A stretch of DNA of 64,000 nt from Diadema antillarum (GCF_040938485.1 NW_027271766.1:62001-126000); one strand, 5' to 3'; counted from the first letter of the stretch, positions 48,721 through 63,064 are shown. Notes: generated by a model from the letters alone, not told the origin. Numbers and translations are program-made.

Positions 48721-48968
48721 GTTGATCCAGAAATTTTCCATTAAAATCTAATTGCCGGTGTTTTTATGAGGGAAAAGGGTCAAGGAACCAAAGTATTTGA
48801 TAGTGTTACACGCCGCTACTTGACAGGAGTGTGTGAAAAACAGTCTGTAATACCTGGACGTGGGCCGGAGTTGAAGACAGTTTGATCGGTGGTTCTCACC
48901 AGCGGGTGCATACACAGTGCGCTGCTGTGTGAAGCAGGAGTCTGTGTGGAAGAGGACAGGTGTAAATT

Positions 48969-49052
48969 ATGCAGAAAATGGCACATTGGCGACGCGTCAA
49001 CGGAGCTGGGGATGAAGAGTGTGCTCATCCGAACCTCATCGTTTATCGCAAG
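48969..49052 (+). CDS. RGS7: First coding exon of an R7-family regulator of G-protein signalling (RGS7/RGS6/EGL-10-like): MQKMAHWRRVNGAGDEECAHPNLIVYRK
   Basis: Matches the remembered N-termini of EGL-10 ([20 protein letters not shown]) and RGS7 (NGVADESPNMLVYRK), with a phase-0 donor AAG|gtatat right after YRK. Only 28 codons, so RGS6 versus RGS7 cannot be resolved. Confidence 0.85.
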
Positions 49053-49476
49053 GTATATCAAAGCGAGAAAAAAACAAAACAACAAATCCCCGACATCTAT
49101 TCACTTCTGTTTCTTTTAAAACCCAAAAGAGGAGTATTTGCTGTTGACACATATCCGTGTTGTGTGTGATTGTGTGTGTGGGTGTGGGTGTGTGTTTATG
49201 TGTATGTTTGTATTTCAGGTCTTGCACTCCTATCAATTTCCACTTTGCTTGTTAATCATTCATTTGTCTACCAGATATTGTGAAAATCAAATACGCCTCT
49301 TTCATTGGATACCTTGTGCATAGTTTATCACACAAGAAGAGTTCTTCTTGTGACAGAATTATTGATTTCCCTTTTCCTATAGGTTAGATTTCTTGTTATG
49401 AAATATTGAATTCAATAGTTTCAAAACAGAAATATAACAGTCATTTAAAGTTCCCATTCTTAGATTAGTTTGATTC

Positions 49477-49654
49477 CTGGGCCCCATTTCATAATGATAT
49501 CAAAAATATATTTGATATGATGGCAACTCTTGCTAGAATGGCAATGGTCATATAGTAATGACAAGAATCCAGATTCATGATTGGCTGCTTCTATTGGAAG
49601 AAGTCATTCCAGCAAGAGTTGCTATCCTTACATCTTTTATGAAATGGGACCCTG
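49477..49654. mobile_element. MITE of the GGGCCCCATTTCATAA family
   Basis: GGGCCCCATTTCATAA / TTATGAAATGGGACCC inverted ends. Confidence 0.8.
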
Positions 49655-51158
49655 AAGTAAGAGCTCTCAATGCCTTGCTCAGAGAATCAAATAAGTATAG
49701 TGATTCTCCGGCTTGGATCAACTAGCCAACTTCAGACTGATCACTTAAATGTGCACACACGATGTGTTCTTGACATCCTTTGTGACGGAATCCAAAAAGC
49801 TCTATGGTTATCAATGCTCTCAGGTGCCACCTTAGCCTTATTTTTAACACATCTGACAAAACTCAATAGAGTATATTCCATGATAAACATCATGAATATT
49901 TTTAATTTGTTTGAATTTAGTTCTCGTTTTTAAAAAGGTAGGTGGGCAAGAGAAAGCTAAATTTCAAGTGAGAGAAGATGTATTTGGGCGGAAGACACAC
50001 TGTAAGAATGGGAGAAATTCAATTCGGTGGGAAAGACGAAGATTTTGAGATAATGGCCTCAAAGCAGAGAAGTTGGACTCTCTAGGTGTGCTTGCTATAA
50101 CATTTTTTTTTTCTCAAAGATGGTACAGTGGGAAAGCACAAGACATGAAAAATAGAGATGTGATATCCTGTGTCTATTATTTTCCTGTGATATCATACGG
50201 TCTGTAGATGCTTGTTAGCAGCAATCTTGTTCTCTTGATCAATGGGTAGATAGTACATACATGCATTTTGTAAATTTGTCTGTGCCTGTAATTTTATCTT
50301 TGACAATAATCATAAAACACAGCGTGTATGTTATAGACTTACTATCAAGACTGAAGTTGGATTGGACAAAATAGAGTCTTCTTTTAAACATACATAGAGC
50401 CAAATCTCAAGGTAGCTAAAGTTACTGTTCCCTTTCTGGCACTTTCATGTGCTTCAGAGAATAATGTCATGCAGTGTAAAATATCTACTAAATCTTGTAC
50501 TTCACTTGTGTGTAGTGGAAGTAGAACTGAAAATCGGATCAAATGAAGCAAAATTATAATCAAGCTACGAACATCTTTCATTTTTTTTTAATGTCTGAGA
50601 TGACAAAGTTTGCCAGTAACAGGCCATGGAACCAGTAGATAACAACCTGGCTTACAAGTGCTCGAGAGACACAAGATGGGACAAACATGAATAACAGCGT
50701 ATTGTGTACGCCTTAAAATTCAGATTATCTGTGTAATGGTAAACATGCACATATTATTGTGAGACAGACTGTCGAGATAATGAGCCATTGAGCAAGGATG
50801 TCTGGCTGTTATGACAGTTTCCCTCATGTCTGCTGCACGTTTCTGGTGACCCTGTTTCATTAGCAAGCCCAGTAATACTGCTACTGAATACGTTGAGGGA
50901 TAAAAACATTTAGTGAGAAATGATGTGAAGAGCATTGTTTGTATTTGTACTTGTGGCATAGTTATTGAGTGGCCAATTAGTCTACGACAAAACTCTAATA
51001 CATTGTGTGCCATACTTAAAGGCCACTGAGAATCCTTCCAACTCAAAAACAAAACAACAAACTGAGAAAAAAAAATTTATCAAATGATTCCGTCTTTTCT
51101 AATGAAGTAAGAAATTATGTGCAAAAGACTTTTCTATCACTGTCCACCTGTCCTTTAA

Positions 51159-51243
51159 CCCACTGAGGACCGGCTGATTTTGCTACAGCACGCATTTCCC
51201 ATAGACACCTGCCCGAAAATACTTGGGACTCGTCCTCAGTGGG
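51159..51243. mobile_element. 85-bp piggyBac-type MITE, best-preserved copy
   Basis: TTAA TSDs; perfect 12-bp TIR CCCACTGAGGAC / GTCCTCAGTGGG. Confidence 0.92.
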
Positions 51244-51419
51244 TTAAAACCCAGTGGCCACTGTTTGTTTTTTTTTTTTTTACATCCCAATATCAGCATG
51301 TCAAGCTGCATATATTCTGGTCACAATCAAGTAACAATTTTACTGAGAATCAGGAAATCTGAGAGACAAATTGAGCAGCAAAACAGATATCTTCCTGAAA
51401 TCATGTCAAAATATTAAAA

Positions 51420-51953
51420 AACTAGAAAAGCACTCTTATATAGAGCGCAGACCTCCGCCAAGCAGCTACTTTCCACCGATGATCTTGCTCTTCCCACAGA
51501 GATTTTTCTCCTCTCCACCACTGGGGAAAAGCTCTTTGGGCTCTTCCATAGAGATCAGTGATTTCCAATCATAGGTATACATGCTGAAAAATTGCCCGAT
51601 TTCCCAATATAGAAGCCTTTGTTATGTCATAAACCCTCAGCTGCGCAGCGCGCATCACCCTAGCAGAAACTAGAGCACGCACTTTAGTGCGCGTTTGAAA
51701 ACCTAAAAAATGCGCAGCTTGAACTCCCAAGTTCATTGACCCTACCTGTCAAAATATCAAAAACCCTTCATAAATTCCCCCCAAAACCTCTTGGATTGCT
51801 ACCAAAATTTAATCATTTGTTACTTGTGTCATTCTCAACCTTTCCTGTAAGTTTCATCCAGATCAGTTCACTACTTTTTGAGTTATTTTGCACACGGACA
51901 AACAAACAAACAAACGGTAATGAAAACATAACCTCCTCCTTTGACGGAGGTAA
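51420..51953 (-). mobile_element. HINE/DINE-like element
   Basis: Minus strand begins TTACCTCCGTCAAAGGAGGAGGTTATG plus (GTTT)n and ends GGCGGAGGTCTGCGCTCT...GAGTGCTTTTCTAGTT. Confidence 0.8.
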
Positions 51954-54900
51954 AATGATTAAAAATCCTTGAAAATCCTTGCCTTCCTTTGTTGAGTCTA
52001 CTCTGTTCCTGGAGAAAATACAGAGAGGACAAAACCAAAGTCAGAAATTGAAGGACAACAGTTGGTGCACATCTACATTGATAAACACATATCAGTCACC
52101 ACAGCATACCACAGAAGATAGTCCAATCAGGAATTATAGCCAGTGTTGGAAAAATTCATATTGTGGTACTGCTTTCCATACACTGATACAGTGGTCGACA
52201 CCTAGTGGTCATTTTCACTATTTTCTGTGAAAGTCAGTTGGATTTGTGTTTCTCATGAAGTCAATTAAAAAAGCATAATTACAAGATGATTATAATAATA
52301 GAAAGTATGACAATATCATCCAGTTGATTTTTTCAAAATTGTTTTAGATTGACTGTTAGAGCACCATAATTACATATTTCATGTAAAGGTAAAGACAGCT
52401 TGAATCATAAAATGAGATTTGGTAAATGCAGAGAATGCAAAGTATTATAACAAGAAAACAGTTTGATTCTCAACTCACAACATTATGTCCATGGTATATC
52501 TGTTTACATTGACAGATATTATGATTGTGAGTGAAGTACACATGTATTACTTTTCAGTGACACCGCATAATGGTCGATGTTTGTTCTGGCAGAGGATGTC
52601 TTGCAGCTTGTAAGATTTATGGTTCTACCTATAGATGCAAGAATGTTATATTTGTAAGTGAAATAAAAAAAAAACATTTTTTTATGATCACCTTAATATT
52701 TTTATATATAAATTTGATATAATAAAGTACCGGTATGTGTTCACCCTGATCTGAACAGAGAAACACAATATAGATTTTACAAAAACCAACAAAATATCAA
52801 TCTTAATTCAGAGCTGTCAGATAGTAAAAGGATGTCAAATGATTTACTTTCTGTTATATGCTGATGCAACCTTGTCTTGTTTAGTAGCTCAGAATTTCAG
52901 ATGACCAGTATAAGGGAGCAGATTTGAAAGATACCATAAACATTGTAAGTCCTCTGACATTTTCCTTTAGCTGGCCACAGTTTTGCATGAATAAAGCTTG
53001 AATGACGATTGTCTTGAATTTCAATATCAATCCTTAAAAATTCATTCCAAAAATTGCAGATATCCGTTGAATAAATAGCATGCAGCATAAATCATTGCAC
53101 AAGTTGACATGACCTCAGGGAATGAGAGGGGACATTTTGTTAACTGTGCATAGTTATCTTGTGGACATATGGGCAGTAGTTTATGTTGGTATGAACATGT
53201 GCCCAAATATGTATGCAACCATTACCACATGTATATGTGATAAGACTGGATTGCTGTAGAGAGTTACATGAATGGAACAGCTGTTTTCAGGTGTTGTTCT
53301 AGTTTTTTTGTTGTTTTTTTGTTGTTTTTTGCATTACCTTTTAGGATTCAGTGTTGCTGCTTCTGTTTGAAATAAGAATCTGATGATACACTGCTCATTG
53401 CAGATCTTAGTGAATATAGTATTTTATGAAGGCTGTCAATGCTTTATATAAGATAGGGTTAGAATTTAATATGTGTCTATTCTATTTTGTAGACACAGAT
53501 GTTTTTGATTTTAGTCTGTGGAAATATGTTGACTGTTACACAGATATGGGAGGCAGAGTGTATAGAATACAGAGCAGACATATGCTATACATGTATAGTT
53601 CAAAGGGCCCAGTGTGTACAAAATAAGACATTTGTGCATGACCAGGTACCAGCAATATTTGTGAAATACAATGCCAGCAGATCAGATGAAAAGATACACT
53701 GTGGTGACATTGGATCGAGACAAGCTACATTGGAGGGAGGGAGACATTTTGCATAGGGTCATTAAGGGGGGTTTCTCTTTGTGCATTTTTTTTTTAAGGG
53801 ATGCATTAAGCTGCGATTTTACTATTCGTCAAGAGACATTCTGTGTCATGCTCAACATGCTACAATATGATTATACCTCAGACTGACTGTCATGTTCACT
53901 CTCTTTAGATTTTAGAAGTGAGGCAGTTACAGTATGAAATATCTCTGCATGAGAAAGCTCATGGACTTTGTAATCCTGGTATTAGCTGTGGTGTGAAAAG
54001 GAATCTCTTGTCACATCTGTCTCAAGTACCAGCTGGTGATCTGATGTACCCACTCCATTTCTAACATTTAATGTATTCTTTCAGCAGTTATCAGAAGAAA
54101 ACAAGAACTTGAGTGTAACTTGAGAATAAGATGATGGTATACACATGTGACCGCTGTAAGAGAAATATGCAGTGGGAAAAAATATCCAAGCCACGAACAT
54201 TGTAGATTAAAGAAGACTGCATGTCAGTTTTCTTTAGGTGGTATAGTAAGACAAAGGTTGAACAAGGTTTTTGTTATCTCACTGGATTAGAAAGAAATTA
54301 ATATGAAATTTGCAAGACCCTAATTGTGTGCAATTTTTATAAGATTGATGGTAAGAAAAGCCAATTTCATTTACTTTCATACACAAAGCATTATGCCATC
54401 CACACACATTTATATGTATGTGTACAAACAGACATCAAACGGAAAGAAAAGAAGAATCACAATTAGATATAGGTATACAAAGAAACATTTGAATTCAAAG
54501 GAGTACTCACATAAGTGCTCACAACTACAAAATTAAAATCATGTGTTTATGACCTCCTTTGTATGCAGGCTTTTTATCAATGTGACGTTTTTATGTTTAA
54601 TGTGATTCCCTGCTATCATTCATGACAATAATTGGGTATGTTTACAGGTTTTTAGAGCCCTCTAAACTATCATCTCAAGATGCCCCTATAGGTCTCAGCA
54701 AGACATTTTGTCTTTTTTCTATTCTCTCTTTGTGATCATTCAGAGATTTGAATTGAGAATAGGCATCCTATACTCGTTGCATATTTCCTATCGCAACAAA
54801 TCTATTGCACTGAACTTTAGCATACTCACAAGAGGATTAATGAAATGTCTTTGCCTCACAGGTACATGTATTTCTTTTGAGGTACAATTAGCCAGTTCAG

Positions 54901-56352
54901 CCAATTATGCAATCTACTGGTATTTGCCGGATACCCCCAGCAGTTTATTCTAGATAGAGGTTCTCTAACCTTTATGTCTAAGAACTGAGGACAAAATCAT
55001 CTGTTGAGTGGGAAGTCATACAAGCCAATCTTCAGAATTAATTCCTCTTCACCCTTTGTGAGGCAAGGTTGTATTTTTTCATAAGGGTTTTTTTTTTTTT
55101 TTCATAGAGTAATTTTTGTTCGTTAGGATAAAAAGGGTAAGTATGCATTATCTTGAACTGCAACACTGAGACTGAAAGGCAGTTAATGTTATCAATCATG
55201 CCTGTAAGATTAGAAAATTGTAATTCACCTTCATTTCAAGGACTAAGAAATTTTAAGTACACTGAGTATTAGGTACACAGTATTATACTGTAATTTTATG
55301 TAAGTTGCGAATATAGAGCTTATTCTTTATTTCATTGCCCTTCATTCAATGATAAAAGAATATGATGTAAAGAGCTAGGATCAATGTAATATGATGGGCT
55401 GTTTTACATGGTAAGGTGTAGGTACACATAAAGTCTATAGCATTTCATTTTGTTCACCAATATCCAGTTGTTTTGGGAATTAGGAACGTGAATTCTGAGT
55501 GCTATCTACGAGTTGTTCTACATTTTGAGAGACAGACATTATTGATTACAAGTATGATTGGGTTAAATGCTCGATATAGAATAGTGTTTCATTGGGCATG
55601 AAGGTAGAGTAGGATGGTTTGAACTGAGTATTTAGCAATGGTCAGCAAACTTTATCTTTTTTTTTTCACAAGCATCTCAATCAAACACAAAAGATAGTAA
55701 CGTTAGAGTTTTCATCATCTTGTCATTACAAATATACATACTGACAGTCTTGTTGAAGAGTTAAGTTCAGGAAGTAAATATGGGATTAACAGTACTCATT
55801 TGATTTGGAGATTTTAGAGTGAAGTAATAAAATGCAGCTGGAGAATTATAAAATCATATTTGAAATGCTACATTGACATCTCATAATGTATATTAGCATA
55901 ATGTGATATAAGGTGTTTTGTCTGTTGCAAATCACCCTCTTTTGCATTTAAGTATCCAAGTTGATAAAAATGTAAACTCTGTGTGTGAAAATTGTAGCAT
56001 GACCATATTTCTACCAGTGCCATGGACAGTTTACATGAGTAACTTTCTCTTCTTGATGAAAAAAAAAATATATATATACATTTTGTGAAATATGTCATAC
56101 ATTTGCCTGTAGGGCATCCTTATGATGACATAATTTGACTTTTTGCGATGATGACAGAATAGACTCCGCAGAAGTGGACCTTGCTGTCTCTCCAAAACGC
56201 CATACAGCTGGCATGGAAAGAACAGACATTGTTTGTTCTCGTTATCAGTGCGTGCAGTACTGTCGTCATCAGGTTCCTTGGGTTGTACTGGTGTGAAATT
56301 TGAACATATGACATGAACCACACTTTAGGATGAAGACATGCTAGGAGACAGG

Positions 56353-56353
<1 letters not shown>

Positions 56354-56400
<47 letters not shown>
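56354..56400. repeat. (GT)n microsatellite; others at 35720-35746 and 62106-62167
   Basis: Direct reading. Confidence 0.95.
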
Positions 56401-56404
<4 letters not shown>

Positions 56405-57144
56405 CTGGTTTGAGTGTACATGCACTATTTTTATAGATAACAGTGTACTCTAGCATGAGTAATGGACATTGTAGAATTGGTAGAATAGCCAGTATGTTCA
56501 TAATGTGACCATGTGATCAAGACACAGCTTTTACTTGCCATCTTCTCTGCTAAACACTTCATAATCATAAATAGATTGGAGTCTACTATATTTATAGTTT
56601 ACTTTTTCACATTAACTGTGCCATTATTCAATAAAGAACAATGTTACTAACAGGCAGACATGTGGTACAGTTTATTTTGTCACTAAATACACTATGATTG
56701 AAATTAATGAGTTATTGTATATCCTCTGATGATCAGATATTGCATGCACTCTTGTGTCTGAGGTTGAAGATCAGTCAGCTATCAAGTGCATAGAATTCAT
56801 ATGGGAACACCAATTGACTGTGGTATGGGAGTTCTGGTTTCAATGATGTGCTTAATTATGCTTTCAATTAAAACAAAATTAGGCTTTGTGAAATATAATG
56901 CCTGCATGGTTTGCTAGGTTTACTTTGCACTCATTTTGTACTAGACCTTTACGTGACACTGCATTCTTATTCCCATTGCTATGTGTTACGTGTGAATATC
57001 AAAAGACAGATGGATGTGAATTGGTTAAACAAAAACAAAAAATCATAAGACAATAAATTACTACAGGGCATACCCATCAAAACCTCTTCATTTACTGGTT
57101 GTGAAATGGATACAGAAAAATGTTCTCATTAAAGAGCCAAGCAT

Positions 57145-57549
57145 TTAAAGTATAGATTCAATTGAGATGGGACTTCAGGTTTCCATTTTTATCTTTTTTT
57201 TTCTTTTTTCTTTTTGAGATGGGAAACTTCTCATGAAATATGAAAGAGCATACAATTCTATAAAGAGGAATTCAAAGTTTATTTGACAAAAATTGGTTTT
57301 GAAATGGTTGAGATATCAAAAAACAAAGGTCCTAATGAAAGATGGGACCCATCATTTATTAAGACCACTTTGTTTTTACTTTGTCTTTGGATATTTCAGC
57401 CATTTCAAAACCGATTTTCATCTAATTAACTTTGAATTCCACTTAGAATTGTGTGCTCTATGATAATATGATAAATGGTTTCTAATTATCTCTCAGAAAA
57501 GTTAAAATCTTAATCCCACAACTTAACCAAAAATATACCATCTATTTAA
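57145..57549. mobile_element. Degenerate Kolobok-type MITE (same family as 21767-22149)
   Basis: CAGCCATTTCAAAACC and AAATGGTTGAGATATC family motifs. Confidence 0.7.
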
Positions 57550-59135
57550 CATCATTCCCATCTTTTCTAGAATGTCTTTGTAATTTGGTGTGAAATGATA
57601 CAGTGATTTCTAATGAAGATGATAATGCCTTGTCTTGGTATATACGTATATGAAGGTTTGATTTACACAATCTCTGTTGCAAGTAAGCCATTTCATTTCA
57701 TCAGTTGAATTATTCGTGAGGAGGTTTCAAAACATTTATTAAGACTGAGGCATTTCAAATGTAGCATATTCATATCTCATCAAGAACTCACAAACATCCT
57801 TCCACTTTTTATCACTGCTTTTATTTAGCCATTGACAGTACATTTATTTACTGATGAGATTAAACAGAGATTGTTATCTTTTGCCGATTTGCGAAAACTT
57901 AGGGTAGCTAAAAGATTTTAAAAGAAAACAGCAAAAAAAGAGAAAGCACAGTCTGTAATACCACCATTATGCCTCAAACTCACTGATAGAGCCAGAGAAA
58001 GAGGAAGCTGATTGCCTTTGCAATCACTGCCCTCCATCCAATAAATTCAGCCCCAGGCGTTAATCCTCCGGCATGTATCAATATTTCATCACCTTGTGCC
58101 TGGCATGTCACACCTCCTGTTGTTATGGACCTGTTGTTTGCACAAGGCTAATTGCCCTGCGTGAGTCACATCGATATTTACCCCTCTTTGTTTTCGGCGA
58201 TTGGAGTGCCAACTGCGCAGATGGCAAGGAGCAGCTCTGGAAGGGATGGACAGGATTTGACAGATCAAAGGAAGTGGAAATGCATTCAAATTCCACTTCT
58301 CTGACATGCGACTGGAAGTTTATGATTTTTTGGGCATCACTGTGTGTCCAGGTTCTTCAGCTTCTCAGCTGTTTATCTGTTGATTCTGATTTTTTTCCCT
58401 TAAATTTTCAAGACCTTACAATGTCTTGATATTCTCATTTTACTTGTTGTTGTGAAGTTAAAATGAGCTATTGGCTGACGAGAGTTCAAGACAAATCAAT
58501 GGTTTGAATGAGATCTCAATGCAAATTCCTACATGTGTTTGTTTATGTGATTACTCAAGAAGGGACATTTAGCTCTTAGTTATCATGTCACAAGTGTATT
58601 TTACTTCAGAGAGAGAGAGAGAGAAAGAGAGAGCAGCATTACCTTTACGTCAAAGTCCAAAATCAGGTTTAGATTCTTCAAGATCAACAGTGTATTGGAA
58701 AACTCAGAAAAATATAGTATAATCTTTTTAAAATGTGACGTGTGATTGCATCTTTAAAATGAGTCAAAGTTTTAGAGTAATTTCTATACATTTCAAAGTG
58801 CATGTGAAGATTCAAAAAGCATTTATACACTTCATGACATAATTTCCTCAATAAAAAAAAAATAATGGTGCGACATATCAATTCACAGGAGGGAGAATAT
58901 GCAGACAGTGCTTTAACTTTTTTTAACAATTTTCTTGAGACAATATTCCAAGCAAATTGCATGACAGTATTTCAGGAAAGATGTAATGAAGTTGAGTCTG
59001 TGGTTACATCATGTCCTTAAATGTCACTGCACATAATAAGCCAAGCATTATACGTGACCTGAGATATTAGAGCACAAAAGTCATCATAATATGTTGATTT
59101 TATATCAAACTTTGAGTTCTCAAATCAAGGCAAAA

Positions 59136-59304
59136 NNNNNNNNNNNNNNNNNNNNNNNNNNNNNNNNNNNNNNNNNNNNNNNNNNNNNNNNNNNNNNNNN
59201 NNNNNNNNNNNNNNNNNNNNNNNNNNNNNNNNNNNNNNNNNNNNNNNNNNNNNNNNNNNNNNNNNNNNNNNNNNNNNNNNNNNNNNNNNNNNNNNNNNNN
59301 NNNN
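59136..59304. other. Assembly gap (N run)
   Basis: 169 N. Confidence 1.
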
Positions 59305-60257
59305 TTTTAAAGTCCAAGAATGTTTAGAAAATACAAAGGTTATAGGCCTCAATGAATCATGTTACTATGTGTTACTATGGTAAAATATATTAGCCAATTA
59401 TATATAGATAATTAATCACCTTTATGCTTTCCTACACATAAACTTCAAAGGTTATATTCACAAACTATTTATTTGGTTGCTCAGTTCCATACCCTTTGTG
59501 TGGTAGGTGTTGTTTGAATATTAGCCACTTACAAGAGAAAAGTGTACCCATAAAAGGCTTTGTGTGTCCTGCTGATCCACATGAAAAAAAAAAAGTGTGA
59601 ATTGAGTATTAGGCTGCTGTATAGCAGACTACAAGTATATGTTACTTGTGGTTAGCACCATTATGTTGGGTTTTACATTGTCTTCATGCAGTGGTTATTC
59701 TATGCAGATGAAATTACAATCAAACTTACCGGTAGCTGAAGTGTACCAGCAATTGCAGACTTGGACAAACAGCTGGGAAACACTCTGCAAGTACACGCAC
59801 ATGTATACCCTGTGTGAAAAGGCCATGGGTATCTGCTCAAAAGCAATACTATGTGGCATTTCCTATTCTGAAGATTAAGATGAATAGAAGGTAATAGAAG
59901 GAGAGTAACAAAATATTTAGATCTGGTTGATCTTCCAAGGAATGGGTGAATTACACCTGGGGTACTTTCTCTTCTCTATAAGAAACTTAAAAAAAATTGA
60001 AAACATGTAGGCTATTTAAAAAGCATATTTTGCAAATACAATCATGTGGAGGGAGCAAAAGTATGTCACAAAATGCAGCTGATAACCTAGAAAGGATAAA
60101 AAAAAATGCAAATAAAGATAATGTGGTTTTGTACATACACATAGTTTTTGTTTTGTGGGGGGGTCCATAAATTTCTCCTCCAGACAATAATAGGGCAGAA
60201 TCTACAATTAGGGTCTTTACTACTCAGTATCCAGAAAGTCATTACCGGTAATACTCT

Positions 60258-60350
60258 TAGTTGAAGACGAGTCCCGAGTATGTTATACTTGGATGGGCAG
60301 GTGTCTATGGGAAATGTGTGCTTTAGCAAAATCAACCCATCCTCAACAGG
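60258..60350. mobile_element. 85-bp piggyBac-type MITE, degenerate copy 3
   Basis: GTGTCTATGGGAAATG core and CCTCAACAGG|TTAA right end shared with 1980-2064. Confidence 0.7.
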
Positions 60351-62640
60351 TTAAGAACCTAATGTATGGGAGTACCTTAGTATTACCCAACCAGCATTCT
60401 CTCTCTCTCTCTCTCTCTTCTGCTGGGCAATATGGTTATACAACAGTTCATGCGAAGGACATCATGTGAATACACTGCTCTCCAGTCAGCCATTGTATGA
60501 TCACATAAAGCCACGGTCACCTCTCAGCATCACTAATGCACATGTTATTTCCAGGGGGAAAGTATTTACTATTGCCCTGGGGATTGCAGAATTGAAAGAT
60601 TTCTCCAGGGGTTTTTACAGATGACATATGATTTTAGATAGAGACTCGCTAAGATATGTTTTAGGCAGTAAGCAAAGTTGCAAAATCCAAAATGTTATGT
60701 TTGTTTAAAGAATTGTCATTTTTGTCAAGGCTCATTTCCATATTGCTCACCATGATATATACTACACATAGGCCTATGCTATTAAAGTACAGGATACATT
60801 GTTCAGAATTAGAGGCCTATGGACTTGGTATTAAAAAGGTCACTGATGGATAGAGTGATGATTGCCACCATCTTCATTATGAAGACTGATTTAAAGCTGG
60901 TTAAATGTCAATCAAAGTAGATCGCAGGTGTGTATCAAAGTAGATCGCAGGTGTGTATAGCATGCACTCTCTTGTGTACAGAAGCAGTAGTCGTTCACCA
61001 TTTCCTGTACGCTGTATCAGCAAGAACAATGACTGAATCAAGAGACAAACTGAGATTGATGTTATATTGACAATTTTTAATATACTCACCATACAACTCT
61101 ATTTTATTCGTATTTGGGGAATGCTCGAGATGGGTAAGCATCAAAATTATGCAACTGCACCCTCTTCAATTCCAGGTCTGTGTGCCTTTAAATATGGACT
61201 GAGACACAAGAGAGTGTAAAAGACTTGGGTACCTTGAAATCAAAGCAACTATTTTCTGTGGTAGCAACTATAAGGAACCAACTGTAAGATTTAGCAATTT
61301 AGTAGATATATAGTGCAGATTTAATCATCTATGTGGTAGTTTACAGAAGTTAAAAAACATTCTAGAATTCCTTTCCAGACATGCCTTTCTTATCTAAAGG
61401 GAGAGTTTTTACACTGAAATACCCATGAAACTAAATCACATTTCTACTGTGCAACATGTGATTGTCCATTATTATTAAAATATGATTGTGCCTAGAAAAA
61501 GTGTGATAACACTAATCCAAATCTAGGTGAATTGTAATACCACTCCAATACACTCATTCAGAGTGAGCTGCCTTTACAATGAACAAGAATTTCAGGTAAA
61601 ATAGAAGTTAAGAAAACTATTCCATAAGAGTTTCAGACTGTTTCTATGCCAGTTCACTGTTAGGTTGATGAGACAAAACCCCTTCCAAATAGTCACATGA
61701 AACTTTTCCAAGAACTTAACATATTTTGAACTCATTTCAAGTGCATGCAATGCATTATTCAAATGTGAAACACTTCAAAAGACTACATTTCTGCTGGTCC
61801 CAGCAACAGAAATTATCGTGTAGAAATTCTTTTTCCTCCATCTTCTTTTCATGCAAGAACATTACATGCGCTTGATTTTCTGGGAATTGAAGTCCTTTAC
61901 ACCCACAAAATTGATGCTGCTTATGTACTCTTAGGTGCTAGAGTGATCTCACGTTCAAACTTCAGATTAAGATGTCGTGTAAACCCCAAACAGTGAATGG
62001 TCTTGTGTTATCAATCAGCTGGTGCGTGGCACAAACATGTGTGTGCCCGAAAATAGAGTGAGACTTACTAGTCAGGCCACTCTGAACAGCACTGCAATAT
62101 CTATGCGTGTGTGTGCGTGCGTGTGTGTGCGTGTGTGTGCGTGTGTGTGCGTGTGTGTGTGTGTGTGAATGGCTTCTAAATTCTCTGTTGATAATTTTTT
62201 TTCCCCTCTTGTGACTGAAATGTTAGGGCTTACATCTCAGCTGGATTGATACCAGTGCGATAATGATGTGATACATACATTTTTAGCACGGATCAACCAA
62301 AAAAAATGTGTTGACGACACATGATAAAATGTTTGTACCTCACATGAAACTGAAATCCACAATAAGTCCTCCAACAAAAGAAATAGCATTTACAAAGAGA
62401 ATGAAGGGGGGGGGGAGGAGAAGTAGAAGAAGGAATTAAGCAGAAAGAAATGACTAATTCAATTTTTTGTTGCATATGAAATGCCATTTAATGCATAGAT
62501 GATCTAAATCTGGCTGTTTGAACTTGACCCAACAAGGATGAGCTCATTTGCCATGTAACGTGCATTTCCCATATACACTCTTCTGAGCATACTCATGACT
62601 AGTCTTAAATGGGTTAAAAGATGTTTCAAAGTCAAATCAT

Positions 62641-63064
62641 TATATAGATGATGACTGGCGGGGGAAGGAACATACCGAATTATCCACCCGAAGGGTTTGA
62701 AATGCTATTGAGGGACTTATAGCCTCCCGAAATAGCATTTCAAACCCTGAGGGTGGAACGTTTGGTACATGTTCCCGACAACTAAAGTCATCATCTGTTA
62801 TATTATATGGGTTAGTCAAATCTGCTTTTTCGCATCATACGGAATAGGCAAATTTATCCTATCAATTGCATGAAAAATATGATCGTTCAATTGTTCGGTA
62901 TCGTTTGTCATTTGTTACGTGAAAATGTTTTCCCATGGGAGAACGTTACAAAAATGTTCTGTCCATGTGCGAACATGACCAATGTGCCTCCATCACGTGA
63001 CTGTGTTTAGCCAATCACTAATCGGTATTTGACTAACCCATTTGATATTAAATGGGTTAGTCAA
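62641..63064. mobile_element. Palindrome-headed non-autonomous element, superfamily unassigned
   Basis: Imperfect palindrome at 62641-62802, then a segment bounded by ATGGGTTAGTCAAAT (62807) / ATTTGACTAACCCAT (63027), then a third copy forming a 15-bp hairpin at 63029-63064. Confidence 0.65.

Noticed and set aside
48969-49052. RAPGEF2/Epac N-terminus (MQKMA start)
   Set aside because: Similarity stops after five residues; the HPN..VYRK end fits RGS7/EGL-10 far better.
36993-59352. ORFs containing X runs at 37.0-37.3, 45.8-46.0 and 59.1-59.3 kb
   Set aside because: Artefacts of translating across N gaps.
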